A program made the position numbers and the translations under genes. Shown here piece after piece: positions 26,330 to 41,565 of a stretch of 64,000 nucleotides of DNA. This DNA is from Eledone cirrhosa. Taxonomy: Eukaryota. The stretch covers positions 3,720,001-3,784,000 of the forward strand of contig OZ024763.1 in assembly GCA_964016885.1 (NCBI GenBank), in the 5' to 3' direction. The first letter of the stretch is position 1; every line of letters begins with the position of its first letter. The notes below the pieces were generated by a model, which did no database searches, had not been told where the DNA came from, and saw only the letters and a program-made list of their open reading frames with translations.

Positions 26330-27010
26330 AATAATGAAATTATTGTGTACAGTGCTCAGGTGCACTACAACTCATCAAAGGTGCATGTATAGTACATAGA
26401 ATAATGTACAAATGTCAGGAAAATAAACAGTGTATGAGTCATGATATAATAACAATAACAATAATGAAATATTGTGCACAGTGCCCAGGTGCACCACAAC
26501 CCATCAAAAAAGTGCATGTACAGTACATAGGGCAATGCACAAACATCAGTAAAATGAACAGTGCACACATGTGTGCATGTGTATGGAAGGGGCACATCAG
26601 GTGTAGTTTTGGTGTATTTCGGGAAGCATGAGTGTCTTAAAGATGCAGTGTCTCGGCAGCTAACAATTGACGCAGGCAGTTTGTTCCATGTTTCAGCAAA
26701 CTCTGAGCGTGAAAAAATGTCTGCGAAAGTCATGGGAGCTGTGCTGTTTTCTTATCTTGTAGGCATGTCCACGTGTGTTAGATACATGGAGATCAAAGAG
26801 GCGCTCAGGGTTGCAGTTGGCGAGATGGTTAAAAACTTTGTGGGTATTCACCAAGTCCACTGCCAGACGTCGGAGCTTCAATGAATCCATGCCCAGGGAA
26901 GCAAGGCGTTCAGAGTATGGTAGGTGTCTGATGGAGGGTATGCGCTTGGTTGCACGTCTCTGAACAGTTTCCAGGAGGTCAATGTTCCGAGCAAGATAGG
27001 GGTTCAGACT
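26330..27010 (-). mobile_element. CR1-clade LINE 3' fragment (RT C-terminal region plus 3' UTR)
   Basis: NPYLARNIDLLETVQRRATKRIPSIRHLPYSERLASLGMDSLKLRRL...TRGH...RRHFFTLRV then frameshifted ETWNKLP, typical CR1 ORF2 C-terminus. Confidence 0.85.
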
Positions 27011-27060
27011 GATGATGCGAATATCATCATCATCATTATATATATGTGTGTGGCACATAT

Positions 27061-27400
27061 GGAGGCACATGGCTTAGTGGTTAGAGCATTGGCCTTGCAA
27101 TCGAAAGGTTGTGAGTTCAATTCTCAGACTGGGTGATGTGTTGTTTCCTTGAGCAAGACACTTTATTTCACATTGCTCCAGTTTACTCAGCTGTAGAAAT
27201 GAGATGATAGGGACTGGGGTCCATATCATTCCAATGCAAAGTGGTCGTGGAGGTGCCGCGGCAAAAAAGTACCCAGCACTCACTGTAAATGAGGTTGGTG
27301 TTAGGAAGGGCATCCAGCTGTAGAAATCAAGCCAGAATCAGTTCCCGTCTCACCCTTGCAAGCAGGGAAAAAGCGGACGTAAAATGATGATGATGATGAT
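27061..27400 (+). mobile_element. tRNA-derived SINE, full length, RTE-like 3' tail
   Basis: Head ggaggcacatggcttagtggttagagc...gagttcaattc; CORE-like ccttgagcaagacacttt; tail ggttggtgttaggaagggcatccagctgtagaaa...ggacgtaaaat(gat)n. Confidence 0.85.
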
Positions 27401-27645
27401 GTGTGTGTGTATAAATGTAAACTTTTAGGGTTTTGTTGCTAAGTTTCAGATGAATATTTAGATAATATAAATATGTATATATATATATATAGGTGTGTGT
27501 GTGTGTGTTGTGTGAATACTTGGCTCAGACTTAGCAACAGAAGCCAAAAATTTGACATTTGCACCTAAGCAGCGTTGTATAGTGTGAGTAGGTTTATATA
27601 TATATATATATATATATATACATACATACATGCATACATGCATAC

Positions 27646-27680
<35 letters not shown>

Positions 27681-28265
27681 CATATAGATATATATATATA
27701 TATAAACCCTCTCAGCTTAACAGATAATAAAACAAAACAGATATATATATCTGTATGTGTATATATATATATATACACACACAGATATATATATATCTGT
27801 TTTGTTTTGTTATCTGTTAAGCTGAGGGTTAATGTCCAAAGTCTGTTTTTCAGACTTCCTTGATTTGGTGCTGTGATCTGATTGGCTGACAATATCTATC
27901 ATGTGATCTGTCAAAAATTTAGCACCTCTTAGTGCCCCCCCCCCCCCCCCGTAAAACGGCAGCCATTTTCCTGTCCTGTCCTCTTTTCTACTTCTCAAGT
28001 TTTATCCTATTAATATAGTTGTTAATTCAAATGTTTATAGTATCTTTAATATTAATTTCTTATATAGGCACAAGGCCAGCAATTTTGGGGGAGGAGAAAG
28101 TCAATTAAATCGACGCCAGTGCATGACTGGTACTTTATTTTATCGACCCCATAAGGATGAAAGGCAAAGCTAACTTCAGTGGGATTTGAACTCACAACGT
28201 AAAGAGCCATAACTCTCTCCTGCGAAGCAGGGTGTCCGATGTACTACTGCCAATCCGCCGCCCTC

Positions 28266-28810
28266 TATAGTATCTTTACTAGTAGACAGATTGTTGTGGA
28301 CATTTCTAGTATTACAGTAGAGACTTTAGTATTTAATGTGATGTAGTCATAGTGTTGTTTTGTACTAAATGTTTATAGTATCTTTACTAGTAGACAGATT
28401 GTTGTGAATATTTACAGTATTACAGTAAAGACTTTAATATTTAATGTGATGTAGTCATAATGTTGTTTTGTACTAAATGTTTATAGTATCTTTACTGGTG
28501 GACAGATTGTTGTGAATATTTACAGTATTACAGTAAAGACTTTAATATTTAATGTGATGTAGTCATAGTGTTGTTTTGTACTAAATGTTTATAGTATCTT
28601 TACTGGTGGACAGATTGTTGTGGACATTTCTAGTATTACAGTAAAGACTTTAATATTTAATGTGATGTAGTCATAGTGTTGTTTTGTACTAAATGTTTAT
28701 AGTATCTTTACTGGTAGACATATTGTTGTGAAAATTTACAGTATTACAGTATTACAGACTGTTGTGAAAATTTGCTATGTTAGAGTAAAGACTTTAATAT
28801 TTAATATGAT
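28266..28810. repeat. 108-bp tandem repeat (about 5 units)
   Basis: taatgtgatg at 28334 and 28442 onward; same unit as 107-410. Confidence 0.9.
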
Positions 28811-29639
28811 GCTTTGAACTTCTCAATTGTTGTTTATCTTAATAAAAATTAATATAAAATGTGACACACCTTCATGATTGTCATGATTAGGAAAAGGTGA
28901 TTGATCCCAATATCATTGTGAACAATATCATTGTTCACAAGTTGTGATATAATAGAAGGAAAATACCTGTATAATGGTATATACATACACATATATATAT
29001 ATATGTGATGTGCATGGAGGATGACTGTTGGGTAAAGAAGTGCCAAGAAATCCCAGTAGTAGGTAGACACAGTAGAGGAAGACCACGACAAACATGGGGC
29101 AGAGGTGGTGAGAGCTGACCTCAGATAGCTGAAGCTCACGGAGGAGATGACAAAGGACCATGACGAATCGAGAAATACTGTGCTGAATAGGACCCGTCCC
29201 ACCCTTGCAAGCAGGGAAAAGTGGACGTAAAATGCTGATGATGATATATATATATACATTATCATCATCATCATCATCTTTTAACATCTATCTTCCATGT
29301 TAGCATGGGTTTGTCCCACTTAGAGGCAAGTTGGGTTGGGAACCCGTGTCTTGCTCATATAGGACTGTTTCTGGCTGGCTTTCTACAGCTGGATGCCCTT
29401 CATAGCGTCAACCACATTTACAGTGGGGGCTGGATGTTTTGTGGTACCAACATGACATATATACATGTGCCAGGAAATCCCAGTGGATGGAAGCCACAGT
29501 AGAGGTAGACCAAGAAAGACCTGAGTAGAGGTGGTGAGTGCTGAGACTCACAGAGGAGATAGTGAAGGAACACAACGAGTAGAGAAAGGATGTGCTGAAC
29601 AGGACTTGTCCAACCCATGCAAGTGTGGAAAAATGATGA

Positions 29640-29674
<35 letters not shown>

Positions 29675-29726
29675 AATAAACATTGTTGTCTCTGATTGAG
29701 ATGAGGTGAGAGTATATTCATATAAC

Positions 29727-29905
29727 TGTTTCTACTTTAGGCACAAGGCCAGCAATTACCCAGTGCATTACTGGTACTTTATTTTATCGACCCCGTAAGG
29801 ATGAAAGGCAAAGTCAACCTCGGCGGGATTTGAACTCAGATCATAAAGGGACGTAACTATGCTGGAAAGCATGGCGTCAAACCCTCTACCGATACTGCCA
29901 ATCCA
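29727..29905 (-). mobile_element. SINE-like dispersed repeat (family also at about 14614, 28065, 39349, 59420-60040, 60481)
   Basis: ggcacaaggccagcaatt...ctggtactttattttatcgaccccgtaaggatgaaaggcaaagtcaacctcggcgggatttgaactcaga, with a B-box-like gagttcaaatcc on the minus strand. Confidence 0.7.
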
Positions 29906-29998
29906 CTGGCCAGCGGTCTCTGTCCTCTGAGGCATTTTTGCCCATCGCTGTCTTTGACAGCATTTAGCTGTTTTAACGGGTGTTCTAGAGATGAGTTT

Positions 29999-30038
<40 letters not shown>

Positions 30039-30585
30039 AGAAAGAAGAGTGACACGGTTTGCTATACAAAAAAGGCTTTTAATCTCATTGCTGACAATTG
30101 TTTCTCTGAACTGGTAGGTCTAGAGATTGCTACCCACTTGTTTTCATGTTATTCGATCACCAATACAAAGTTATAACCAGTCAATTCATCGGAGCTTGTG
30201 AGAATGAAAGGAATATACAGGCATGGCTACTATATATAGTAGTACTGGCATTCAATCAGAACAATAACAACAATACTAACAATCATCACTATGGAAACGC
30301 CTTGTTGAGTCAAATTTAGCCAAGCGTTGATATCATCCACTACCCGGAGTACCTTAACTGGACTACACTTAAGTGGACTACCTATAACAATAATCTGTTA
30401 CCCCGTATATATATACACATATATGTATATATATGTGTATATATATATATGCTAGCATGGAAAGAGAACGTTAAATGATGATAATGATGGTGATATATAT
30501 ACAGGGTGTCCCAAAAAAATGTATATACACTTTGATTACCTGTACAGGCAATATTTATTAGAATGCTGTTGAAGTGTGTATAGGG

Positions 30586-30624
<39 letters not shown>

Positions 30625-30835
30625 TATAAATATAATGATGATGATGATGATATATATAAATGAGGTTGGTGTTAGGAAAGGCATCCAGCTGAAGAAATCA
30701 AGCCAGAATCAGTTCCCGTATGAGCAAGACAAGGTCAGCCAACTGGATACTGCTCACAACAGGACAACCCATCTAACCCATACTAGCGTGGAAGAACAGA
30801 CGTAAAACGGTGATGATGATGATGATATATATACA

Positions 30836-31036
30836 CAGGGTGCGGCAAAATGATCTGACTTTCGTGAATGCCTTTGACAGTGTGTGGACAATAATGGCGG
30901 CCGTTTGGTTGATGTAATATTTAAAACAAAATGGCATTATATGTATATTTAGAAAATAAAAATACTTTGTTCATTCTTTATTCTATTTTGCTTTTATTAA
31001 ACGTACAAATGTGTCAGATCATTTTGCCGCACCCTG
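30836..31036. mobile_element. Tc1/mariner-type MITE, 201 bp
   Basis: 24-bp TIR cagggtgcggcaaaatgatctgac / gtcagatcattttgccgcaccctg followed by ta. Confidence 0.8.
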
Positions 31037-31124
<88 letters not shown>

Positions 31125-31175
31125 ATCATCATCACCGTTTTACGTCCGTTCTTCCACGCTAGCATGGGTTAGACG

Positions 31176-32951
<1,776 letters not shown>

Positions 32952-33063
32952 GATAGAGAGAGAGAAGGACTCAATTGGTGCTATCTTCAGCATTTATTAT
33001 GACCAGTCCTGTAAAATCATCTGACCTTCCATAAGACGTTAGTTGAGCACCATGTGGTTTTAT

Positions 33064-33480
33064 TTGGGCAGGTAATTCAATAACATACCGTTTGAGATGT
33101 TTATAGGTAAGACCTTAACTCTTACTTCTTCACATCGAGTCTCTACACCACACACACACCCACTGTTGCACACACACAGCCTTACCTGGGTAGTTATGGT
33201 TTCAAGGTTGCTAAGTGTGCAGGAATCTTCAAGATTGGGGCAAACTACTACAAGATGCTCCCGAGTTTGTAATTACCCGCATTGGGCAGGTAATTCAATA
33301 ACATACCGTTTGAGATGTTTATAGGTAAGACCTTAACTCTTACTTCTTCACATCGAGTCTCTACACCACACACACACCCACTGTTGCACACACACAGCCT
33401 TACCTGGGTAGTTATGGTTTCAAGGTTGCTAAGTGTGCAGGAATCTTCAAGATTGGGGCAAACTACTACCAAGATGCTCC
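33064..33480. repeat. Direct tandem duplication, 218-bp period
   Basis: ttgggcaggtaattcaataacataccg at 33064 and 33282. Confidence 0.85.
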
Positions 33481-33659
33481 ATAGTATGTAATTAGCCGCA
33501 TTAGCGGTTGTAACCATCATTGGTGACATATCCTCATTTCTGAAGGTCGGCTTGACGGTGGCCAACAGCTGTTCGGAGGGTGACTCAGGCAGGACCAGAA
33601 GGGCCAGGCACTATGGGAGCCAGGAGTGGGGGAGGGGGGGATTCTGTAGGGCCGAGGGA

Positions 33660-34515
33660 GAGTCTATGTACCACATTGTTAAGGTGGCTATACCACAGGG
33701 CCAGGGGGTGGTTGGGTGGGGGGGGGGTCTTTAGGGCTGAGAGAAGGATACCCTGTGTACCGCATTGTTAAGGTGGTTGTACCACAGGGCCAGGGGGTGG
33801 GGGTGGGGGGGTCTTTAGGGCTGAGAGAGGGATACTCTGTGTACCACATTGTTAAGGTGGCTATACCACAGGGCCAGGGGGTGGGGGTGGGGGTGGGGGG
33901 TTCTTTGGGGCTGAGAGAGGGATACTCTGTGTACCACATTGTTAAGGTGGCTGTACCACAGGGCCAGGAGGTGGGGGTGGGGGGTCTTTGGGGCTGAGAG
34001 AGGGATACTCTGTGTACCACATTGTTAAGGTGGCTGTACCACAGGGCCAGGGGGTGGGGGTGGGGGGTCTTTAGGGCTGAGAGAGGGATACCCTGTGTAC
34101 CACATTGTTAAGGTGGCTGTACCACAGGGCCAGGGGGTGGGGGTGGGGGGTCTTTGGGGCTGAGATAGGGATACTCTGTGTACCACATTGTTAAGGTGGC
34201 TATACCACAGGGCCAGGGGGTGGGGGGGTCTTTAGGGCTGAGAGAAGGATACTCTGTGTACCACATTGTTAAGGTGGCTGTACCACAGGGCCAGGGGGTG
34301 GGTGGGGGTCTTTAGGGCTGAGAGAGGGATACCCTGTGTACCGCATTGTTAAGGTGGCTGTACCACAGGGCCAGGGGGTGGGGGGTGGGTCTTTAGGGCT
34401 GAGAGAGGGATACCCTGTGTACCGCATTGTTAAGGTGGCTGTACCACAGGGCCAGGGGGTGGGGAGTCTAGGGCTGAGAGAGGGATACCCTGTGTGATAC
34501 AGAGGGATACCCTGT
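33660..34515. repeat. G-rich minisatellite, about 80-89-bp unit
   Basis: gtaccacattgttaaggtggctgtaccacagggccagggggtgggggtggggggtctttagggctgagagagggatactctgt, about 10 copies. Confidence 0.92.
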
Positions 34516-34922
34516 GCTGCCTAGAAACTCTGTTGTTCAGTGATTCAAATGAGTGTAGAAAGCTGTGTCTTCATGATGCTTATTACCAAAATCGATAATT
34601 GGTGATTGATACCAATCATTAAAATCGATTATAAACATTATATTCTGGATTCCATGAAATGACCGTACACGAGAACTTTAGGTGATTTTGGCTTTATTCT
34701 TTTTTAACCCTTTAGCATTTAAACCAGTTATAACCAGCCAGAATTCTCTTACCTCTTTCTGTTCAAACCGGCTGTAACAGACCACTCATACTTATGTTAA
34801 GGTATTATTCTCAAAATAAATAATATCAAAATCTCATTGATTCGATACTATTTCAGATACAATAGTAAATATAAAATATTGTAAATGTTAAAAGAGTTGT
34901 GAATATATTTCTTATTTGTCGT

Positions 34923-34980
<58 letters not shown>

Positions 34981-35024
34981 AATATTTTTACATATACATT
35001 TATCTATATAGATGTGTGTGTGTA

Positions 35025-35318
35025 AAAATCTGAAAAGGTCTAAAGCCTGTCTTAAGCCAGAAGGCTCATTTGGCCGGTGCTTATCCCGGTTTCATGGCGT
35101 GAAGCGACTGAGAGTACAAAACTCCCCCCTGGACGGGACACCAGTCCATCACAGCGTTAAACCCCCAGCTATTGCTGGTACTCATTTTCAGCTGAGTATA
35201 CTGGAGCAACATGAAATGAAGTGTTTTGCTCAAGAACACAACACACAACCCAGGAATTGAACTCATGACATTATTGTTGTAAGTCCAACACCCTTACCAT
35301 TAGGCCACATGCCTCCAC
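35025..35318 (-). mobile_element. tRNA-derived SINE
   Basis: Reverse complement of the 22204-22490 family. Confidence 0.75.
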
Positions 35319-35332
35319 TATATATATATATA

Positions 35333-35386
<54 letters not shown>

Positions 35387-36480
35387 TATACACATATATA
35401 GGAATATGTTTAACCCCGACGGCCAAGCTCAAGCCGTTTCGATGGCTATTTCTGGACTATATACATACATATACATATATATACATATATATATATACAT
35501 ATATATTCATGTATATATATATATAATGTATATATATATAAATAGAGACAGGATCACAAAGGATATATACATAAAATAAAGGGTAGTCCAAGTAAAAAAA
35601 GTAAACAAGACTAGGTAGTTAGGTAGTCTTGGTAACGATTTTGGAATGCAAAGTGAAGTGTGTCGATATTATATGTGAGTGTAGGTGTATGTGTATGTCT
35701 AAATGTTTTGTAATGTATGAAAGTTAGTGTGTGTTATGCATTTATCCGTTTGGTTTATGGTAGTGGAGCTGTATATCATTTAATGTAAGGGTTTTTACAA
35801 AACAAAAAGCAGATAAAATGGAAACCAAACTTGAAAGAAAACCTAGTATTGAGGTTGATATAATTGACTAAATAAAGCTAGCACACGTTTTTGGTCACAG
35901 TCTAATGACTGAAACACACAAAACCGTAAAAGAATTTCTAGAGGTGAAATGCTTTTGTATTTTATTAATATATAGCGTACATAAATATTTGAATACTTTC
36001 AAGTTATTTAAATAATATATTGTGTAACACATTTTCTTTGTTTTGTATTTGTCATCATTTGCCTTTTATATATGTCTACCACATTGTAGCAGCTTTCTGA
36101 AACTGATAGGATATGATGGTGTATGAGAAGGCCCTGGATTGGATTGGATTGGATACATATCTAACAATATTTAACCCTTTAGAATTTACATTACTCTATA
36201 TTTATAATTGTATTTTCACGTTAAAGGTGGGGTATGGAATTAGAGGAGTTTGGGGATAAAATATCTATAGTGGTAGGTACCCCCAATGACTGGCTGCACC
36301 TGTTATTGGGAGATGCACCCTGCCAAGTATCTCCAAGGCCCATTGAAATGCTCTCTGTCTCTCTCACTATATATATACCATTACCAATGTCAGAAAAACA
36401 CATTTATGAAAGAAATCTGCTGTGTTCTGACCTGAGGAGGACAGGAGGGGCTCAGCCAGGTTTTGGAAAAAATGCCTCAA

Positions 36481-36699
36481 CCCTTTAGCATTTACATTAC
36501 TCTATATATACTATTGTATTTTCACAGTAAAGGCTTTACCTCACATAATATCTCTTATAATATCAAATCTATGAGATTTTGATATTATTTATTTTGAGAA
36601 CAATACTTAACATCAGTATGAGTGGTCAGATACAGCTTGTTTTAACAGAAAAAGGGGAGAGAATTCTGGCCAAATACAGCCGGTTTAAATGCTAAAGGG
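36481..36699. mobile_element. piggyBac-like MITE, unexpanded 219-bp copy (others near 1278, 1740, 15460, 34708, 59300)
   Basis: TIR ccctttagcattta / taaatgctaaaggg; TTAA-like flanks; CCC ends typical of piggyBac. Confidence 0.7.
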
Positions 36700-37106
36700 T
36701 TATATATTTTTGATAGTAATATAGCTAATATGAAGCATTATGAAATATATAATAAATGACTGATAAGTTTCAGAAAGTCGGTAGAATGTGGTAGAAATAA
36801 GTAAGACAACCTCACTAGTGTTGGTGGCATGAATAAAAACACCCGGTCCATGCTGTAAAGTGGTGCTGGTGATAGGAAGGGCATCCAACCAGTATATCAT
36901 TAATGGCAAATTATGGGCACAAAATACAAATAATAATTAAAATAAAATAAAATAAAATTGAATGAAATAACAGTAAATTAAATTAAATTAGATTAAATTA
37001 AAAATAAGATGAAATTCTATTGAGGCTAATTAGTGTGAGAAATTTAAGTTAATTAAAAAGTAAAGAATGTTTACTAAATAAAAATGGTCAAGAAATGGAA
37101 TATTAC

Positions 37107-37149
37107 CTGTCATAAGGAATGTGATGAGAGCAAGATAAACAGCAGCCAT
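37107..37149 (-). CDS. Signal-peptide exon (gene B first coding exon)
   Basis: ATG GCT GCT GTT TAT CTT GCT CTC ATC ACA TTC CTT ATG ACA G|gtaata = MAAVYLALITFLMT, phase 1; splicing to 20909 gives MAAVYLALITFLMTVSASNG-LLCYSC, a plausible signal peptide and cleavage site. Confidence 0.75.
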
Positions 37150-38397
37150 ACCTGTGTATGTCTAGGTAATTTAAATATACCTGTGTGTATGTTCAGGTAA
37201 TATATATATTTACCTGTCTGGTTAGGTAATTTGAATATACCTGTGTAATACTGTGTTATTTAGATTTCCTGTGTATATTCAGGTAATATATAAATTTACC
37301 TGTATGTCTGTTTAGGTAATATAATATACATGTGTATGTTTGTGTAATATAAATTTACCTATGTATATCTGTTTAGTCAGGTACTTTCAATATAAATATA
37401 CCTGTATTTCTGTTCAGGTAATATAAATACAACTGTGTATATCTGGTTAAATAATGTAACACACCTGTGTATGTCTAGTTAGGTAATATATAAATACACC
37501 TGTGTTATCTCTCCTTAGGTAACATAAATATTAATACACTTGTGTATGCCTCGTTAAGCAATATAAACACACCTGAGTCTGTCACGTTAGGTAATTTCAA
37601 TATACCAGGTGATTGTTTCTAGATCAGGCCTAGTTTGAATTCTATCTACCTGTTGATATCTGGCCTACTTAAAAATATATATTTGAACAATGATAAACGA
37701 TTGTATCATCATAATCACCATCATAATTGTCATAATCACTATCATCATAATCATCATCACCATCATCATTCTTATCATCATCGTTATCATCCTCATCATC
37801 ACCATCATCATAACCATCATCGCCACCACCATCATGTATGTATGTGTGTGTGTATTGTATATATGTGTGTATATATGTATGTATGTGTGTATATATGTAT
37901 GTGTGTATGTATATATGTATATATGTACGTATGTATGTGTGTATATATGTATGTATGTGTGTATATGTGTGTATGTATATATGTATATATGTACGTATGT
38001 ATGTGTGTATATATGTATATATGTGTGTATGTAGGTGTGTATATGTGTGTGTATGTATGTATGTATGTGTGTATTGTATATATGTGTATATATGTATGTA
38101 TGTCTGTATATATATCTATATATGTACGTATGTATGTGTGTATATATGTATGTATGTATGTGTGTATGTAGGTGTGTATATGTGTGTGTGTATGTATGTA
38201 TGTGTGTATTGTATATATGTCTATATATGTATGTGTGTATATATATATATGAGTGTATATATGTATGTATGTATTGTATTTTCCTTATTTATTCATATTT
38301 GACCTGTGTTGTCAGTACAAAGATATAGTGGGAAGACTTTAATTGTCTTACCTATGTGAATACGATAACAGACCCAAAATATACATTTATATATATA

Positions 38398-39303
38398 CTA
38401 GCAGAATGGCCCGGCGTTGCTCGGGATTTGCTCTAGGGTTCTTATATATTTGATATATATTTATCCTTATCGAGCCTCGTGAAATAAATACGTTTGTTTA
38501 TATTTTGTTATTGTGTATGCAAAAATATCTGTACACGAATATATAATTATATATATATATTAAAATAACAGATTAAAGTTTAAGCAAAGAATCGCTGCTT
38601 TCACCTTAACGGGATCTTCTGAAACTAAAAAAATCAATCTGTGAATGCAGAGGTAAATATTTCGAAAAGTTTTTGTGTATGCAAAAATATCTGTCAGTGA
38701 TGCATGTGATTATGTAATCGCCGGCCTTTTATGTTTAGATTTTGTGTTTGTGTATGCAAAAATATCTGTACACGAATATCTATATTAAAATAACATATTA
38801 AAGTTTAAGCAAAGAATCGCTGCTTTCACCCTTAACGGGATCTTCTGAAACTAAAAAAATCAATCTGTGAACGCAGAAGTAAATATTTCGAAAAACGTTG
38901 CAACCGAAGGAAAACAGAAAGACGATACTTTGGTTCGTGAAGACGTTCTCTGGCATAAGAATATATATATACACATACTATATATACATATACACACACA
39001 CACACTGATCGCGTCATAAGGACGGAATGTAGACAGCCAGGCATACAGACAGATAGTATAAGATAGTATAGACGTTATATCTATGTATCTGTCTAAAAAG
39101 AGAAAGACTAGGAATTATAGAGAGAGATCGCTAAATTGCCTAATGCAGTCCTTAGAGCATTGAATATTTGAAATTTTTTTGCTCAAAACTCTCACGGGAC
39201 CATAAGTATTGCATGTGTAAAGTTTGCAAAAACTTGGTTGGGTGGTTCTCGAGTTTTAGTGATTGGACAGACAGACAGACATTCTCTGTTTTAGTAATAT
39301 AGA
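38398..39303 (-). mobile_element. Non-autonomous Helitron
   Basis: Minus strand A|TCTATATTAC... 5' end; 3' hairpin cccgagcaacgccggg then ctgCTAG|T; internal duplication. Confidence 0.75.
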
Positions 39304-39915
39304 TATATATATATAATAAATGTAATCTGAGTTTTTTGAATATTAATAATTGTTTCTACTTTTGGCACAAGGCCAGCAATTATTCCAGTGTATTATTGGT
39401 ACTTTATTTTATCGACCCCGTAAGGACGAAAGGCAAAGTTAACCTCGGCGGGATTTGAACTCAGATCATAAAGGGCCGTAACTCTTTGCTGCAAAAATAA
39501 TAACATTCGATTCGTTTGCAATTTTGCAAACAAGCCTCAATTTTATAGCCATGTTAGTAGAATAAACACTTCATTCTTGCTCTTGTGTTGGCATGCGAAC
39601 AGAACTGCAGACACTAATGTTTCTGGGTATCACCCTTCATCAGTACAGCTCACTGTTCACCTGCCAAACTGTCAGAGCTAGTGAAAATATATGCTATTTT
39701 CAAAAATACACAGTGACTGATCGGCCTGATTTGCATATTAGCAGACTGGGTGATCAGTCAGATCTACATTTTAGCAGATCCACTGATCAGCCAGATTTGT
39801 ATATCAGCAGACTGGCCAGTCAGTTTCCTGTATACAAGCGATAAATGGCTGGTTTTGCCAAATTCAAATAAATATATATAAATATATAGATTATATATAT
39901 AAATAGATAATATAG

Positions 39916-40000
<85 letters not shown>

Positions 40001-40071
40001 CTGATAGCGTATGGTCTTCTAAATGTTTTTAATTAAACATACGGTATATTGCCAAATATACTATACATACA

Positions 40072-40227
<156 letters not shown>

Positions 40228-40419
40228 GTATATATATATATATATATACATATGTATATATATATATAAGTATATAATATGGGCGAGCAGTGTGGCAACA
40301 TACTACTATGTCCGTCTCTGGGTAAAAAGCATAACACACACTTTATCCTCTTTGTTTTTCTTTGCTTGTTTCCTTAAAGTTTACCACTATTCCGTTGGTA
40401 TATATCTATTACACAATTT

Positions 40420-40477
40420 ACACCTGAAGATGTCACCGGGTTCTGACGCAACCTGGCCACTGAAATGTGCATAGTGT
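40420..40477 (+). ncRNA. Hammerhead motif with long stem II
   Basis: acac CTGAAGA t-gtcaccgggtt-ctgacgc-aacctggccac-t GAAA tg-tg-ca TA gtgt. Confidence 0.55.
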
Positions 40478-40543
40478 TTACAGTAATAAAAAATTAAGGA
40501 AATTCAACATATTTGGCCTCCTGTCATTTCACTTTATAATATA

Positions 40544-41140
40544 CTAGCAGTGGTACCCGGCGTTGCATGGGATAAGGTATTTTGGAACGCGGGCCACCAA
40601 CAGACCTAATCGTGAAAAACTGCATGCCTGGGCAATATGTAAAGAAAATAAACCGAATACTCTGATGACTGGATAATCTTTAGGATTTTCCTTGATGGAG
40701 CAGGAAAATGTAGGTTTTCACCTAATGCGCGCCCTAGGGGATCAAGAAAATGAATATTTTTTATGTGCATAATATGCCTTGAAACTTTTGGAAAATCGGC
40801 TAGACGTAACGCCTCAAAAAAGCTGAAAAAATGAAGTTTTTCACCTGATGCGGGCCCTAGGCCATAAAAAGTTGGATTTTCTTTGCTCACTGCATGAAGA
40901 AGAGACTGATTAATACATAGTTACAATTTCAAGGAAATCGGTCTGACGTAACGCCTAAAAAAAAACCCTAAAAAGCTGAAAAAAAACGCAGTTTTTCACC
41001 TAATGCGGGCCCTAGGGAATAAAAAATTAGAATTTTTATGTGCATAACACTCCCTGAAGCATAGGTAATACACATGTAAAATTTGAAAAAAATAGGTTGG
41101 TGCTTCTCGATTTTTAGGGATTCAAACTCACAGACAGACA

Positions 41141-41222
<82 letters not shown>

Positions 41223-41248
41223 CAGACATCCTCAGTTTTATATATAGA
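40544..41248 (-). mobile_element. Non-autonomous Helitron with (CA)n and internal repeats
   Basis: Minus strand A|TCTATATA... start; cccatgcaacgccggg hairpin and CTAG|T end, like 38398-39303. Confidence 0.72.
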
Positions 41249-41414
41249 TATATATATGTAAAAGGTAAACAGAAATAACAACATAATCGGTACAGTATAT
41301 GGAAAGTATGTAAGAAACGGCTTGAGCTCTGCCGCCTGGGTCAAACATTTTCCTATTACCCACTCTACTACCCTAAGTATTGAGTACTCTGGTTCCTTAC
41401 CACACATCCTTCAT

Positions 41415-41446
<32 letters not shown>

Positions 41447-41565
41447 GAAAGTAAACAAAGGAAGATATCTCTGTCTGATGACCGATCCACACATATATCA
41501 ATATTGTCTGGGATCCAGAAACCTTTGGTAATGGAGTAATATTGTGTGTTGTTCACTTTCTACTT

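Noticed and set aside
27061-27135. tRNA gene
   Set aside because: tRNA-like A/B boxes continue into SINE body and tail; multiple diverged copies in the window
33248-33565. Cys-containing 105-aa minus ORF as another LU exon
   Set aside because: Cys spacing does not fit LU, some Cys come from a (GT)n run, and it lies in a 218-bp duplication; possibly a retroelement remnant
37635-38328. His-rich and Cys/Val/Tyr-rich ORFs
   Set aside because: (CAT)n and (TATG/TG)n microsatellites
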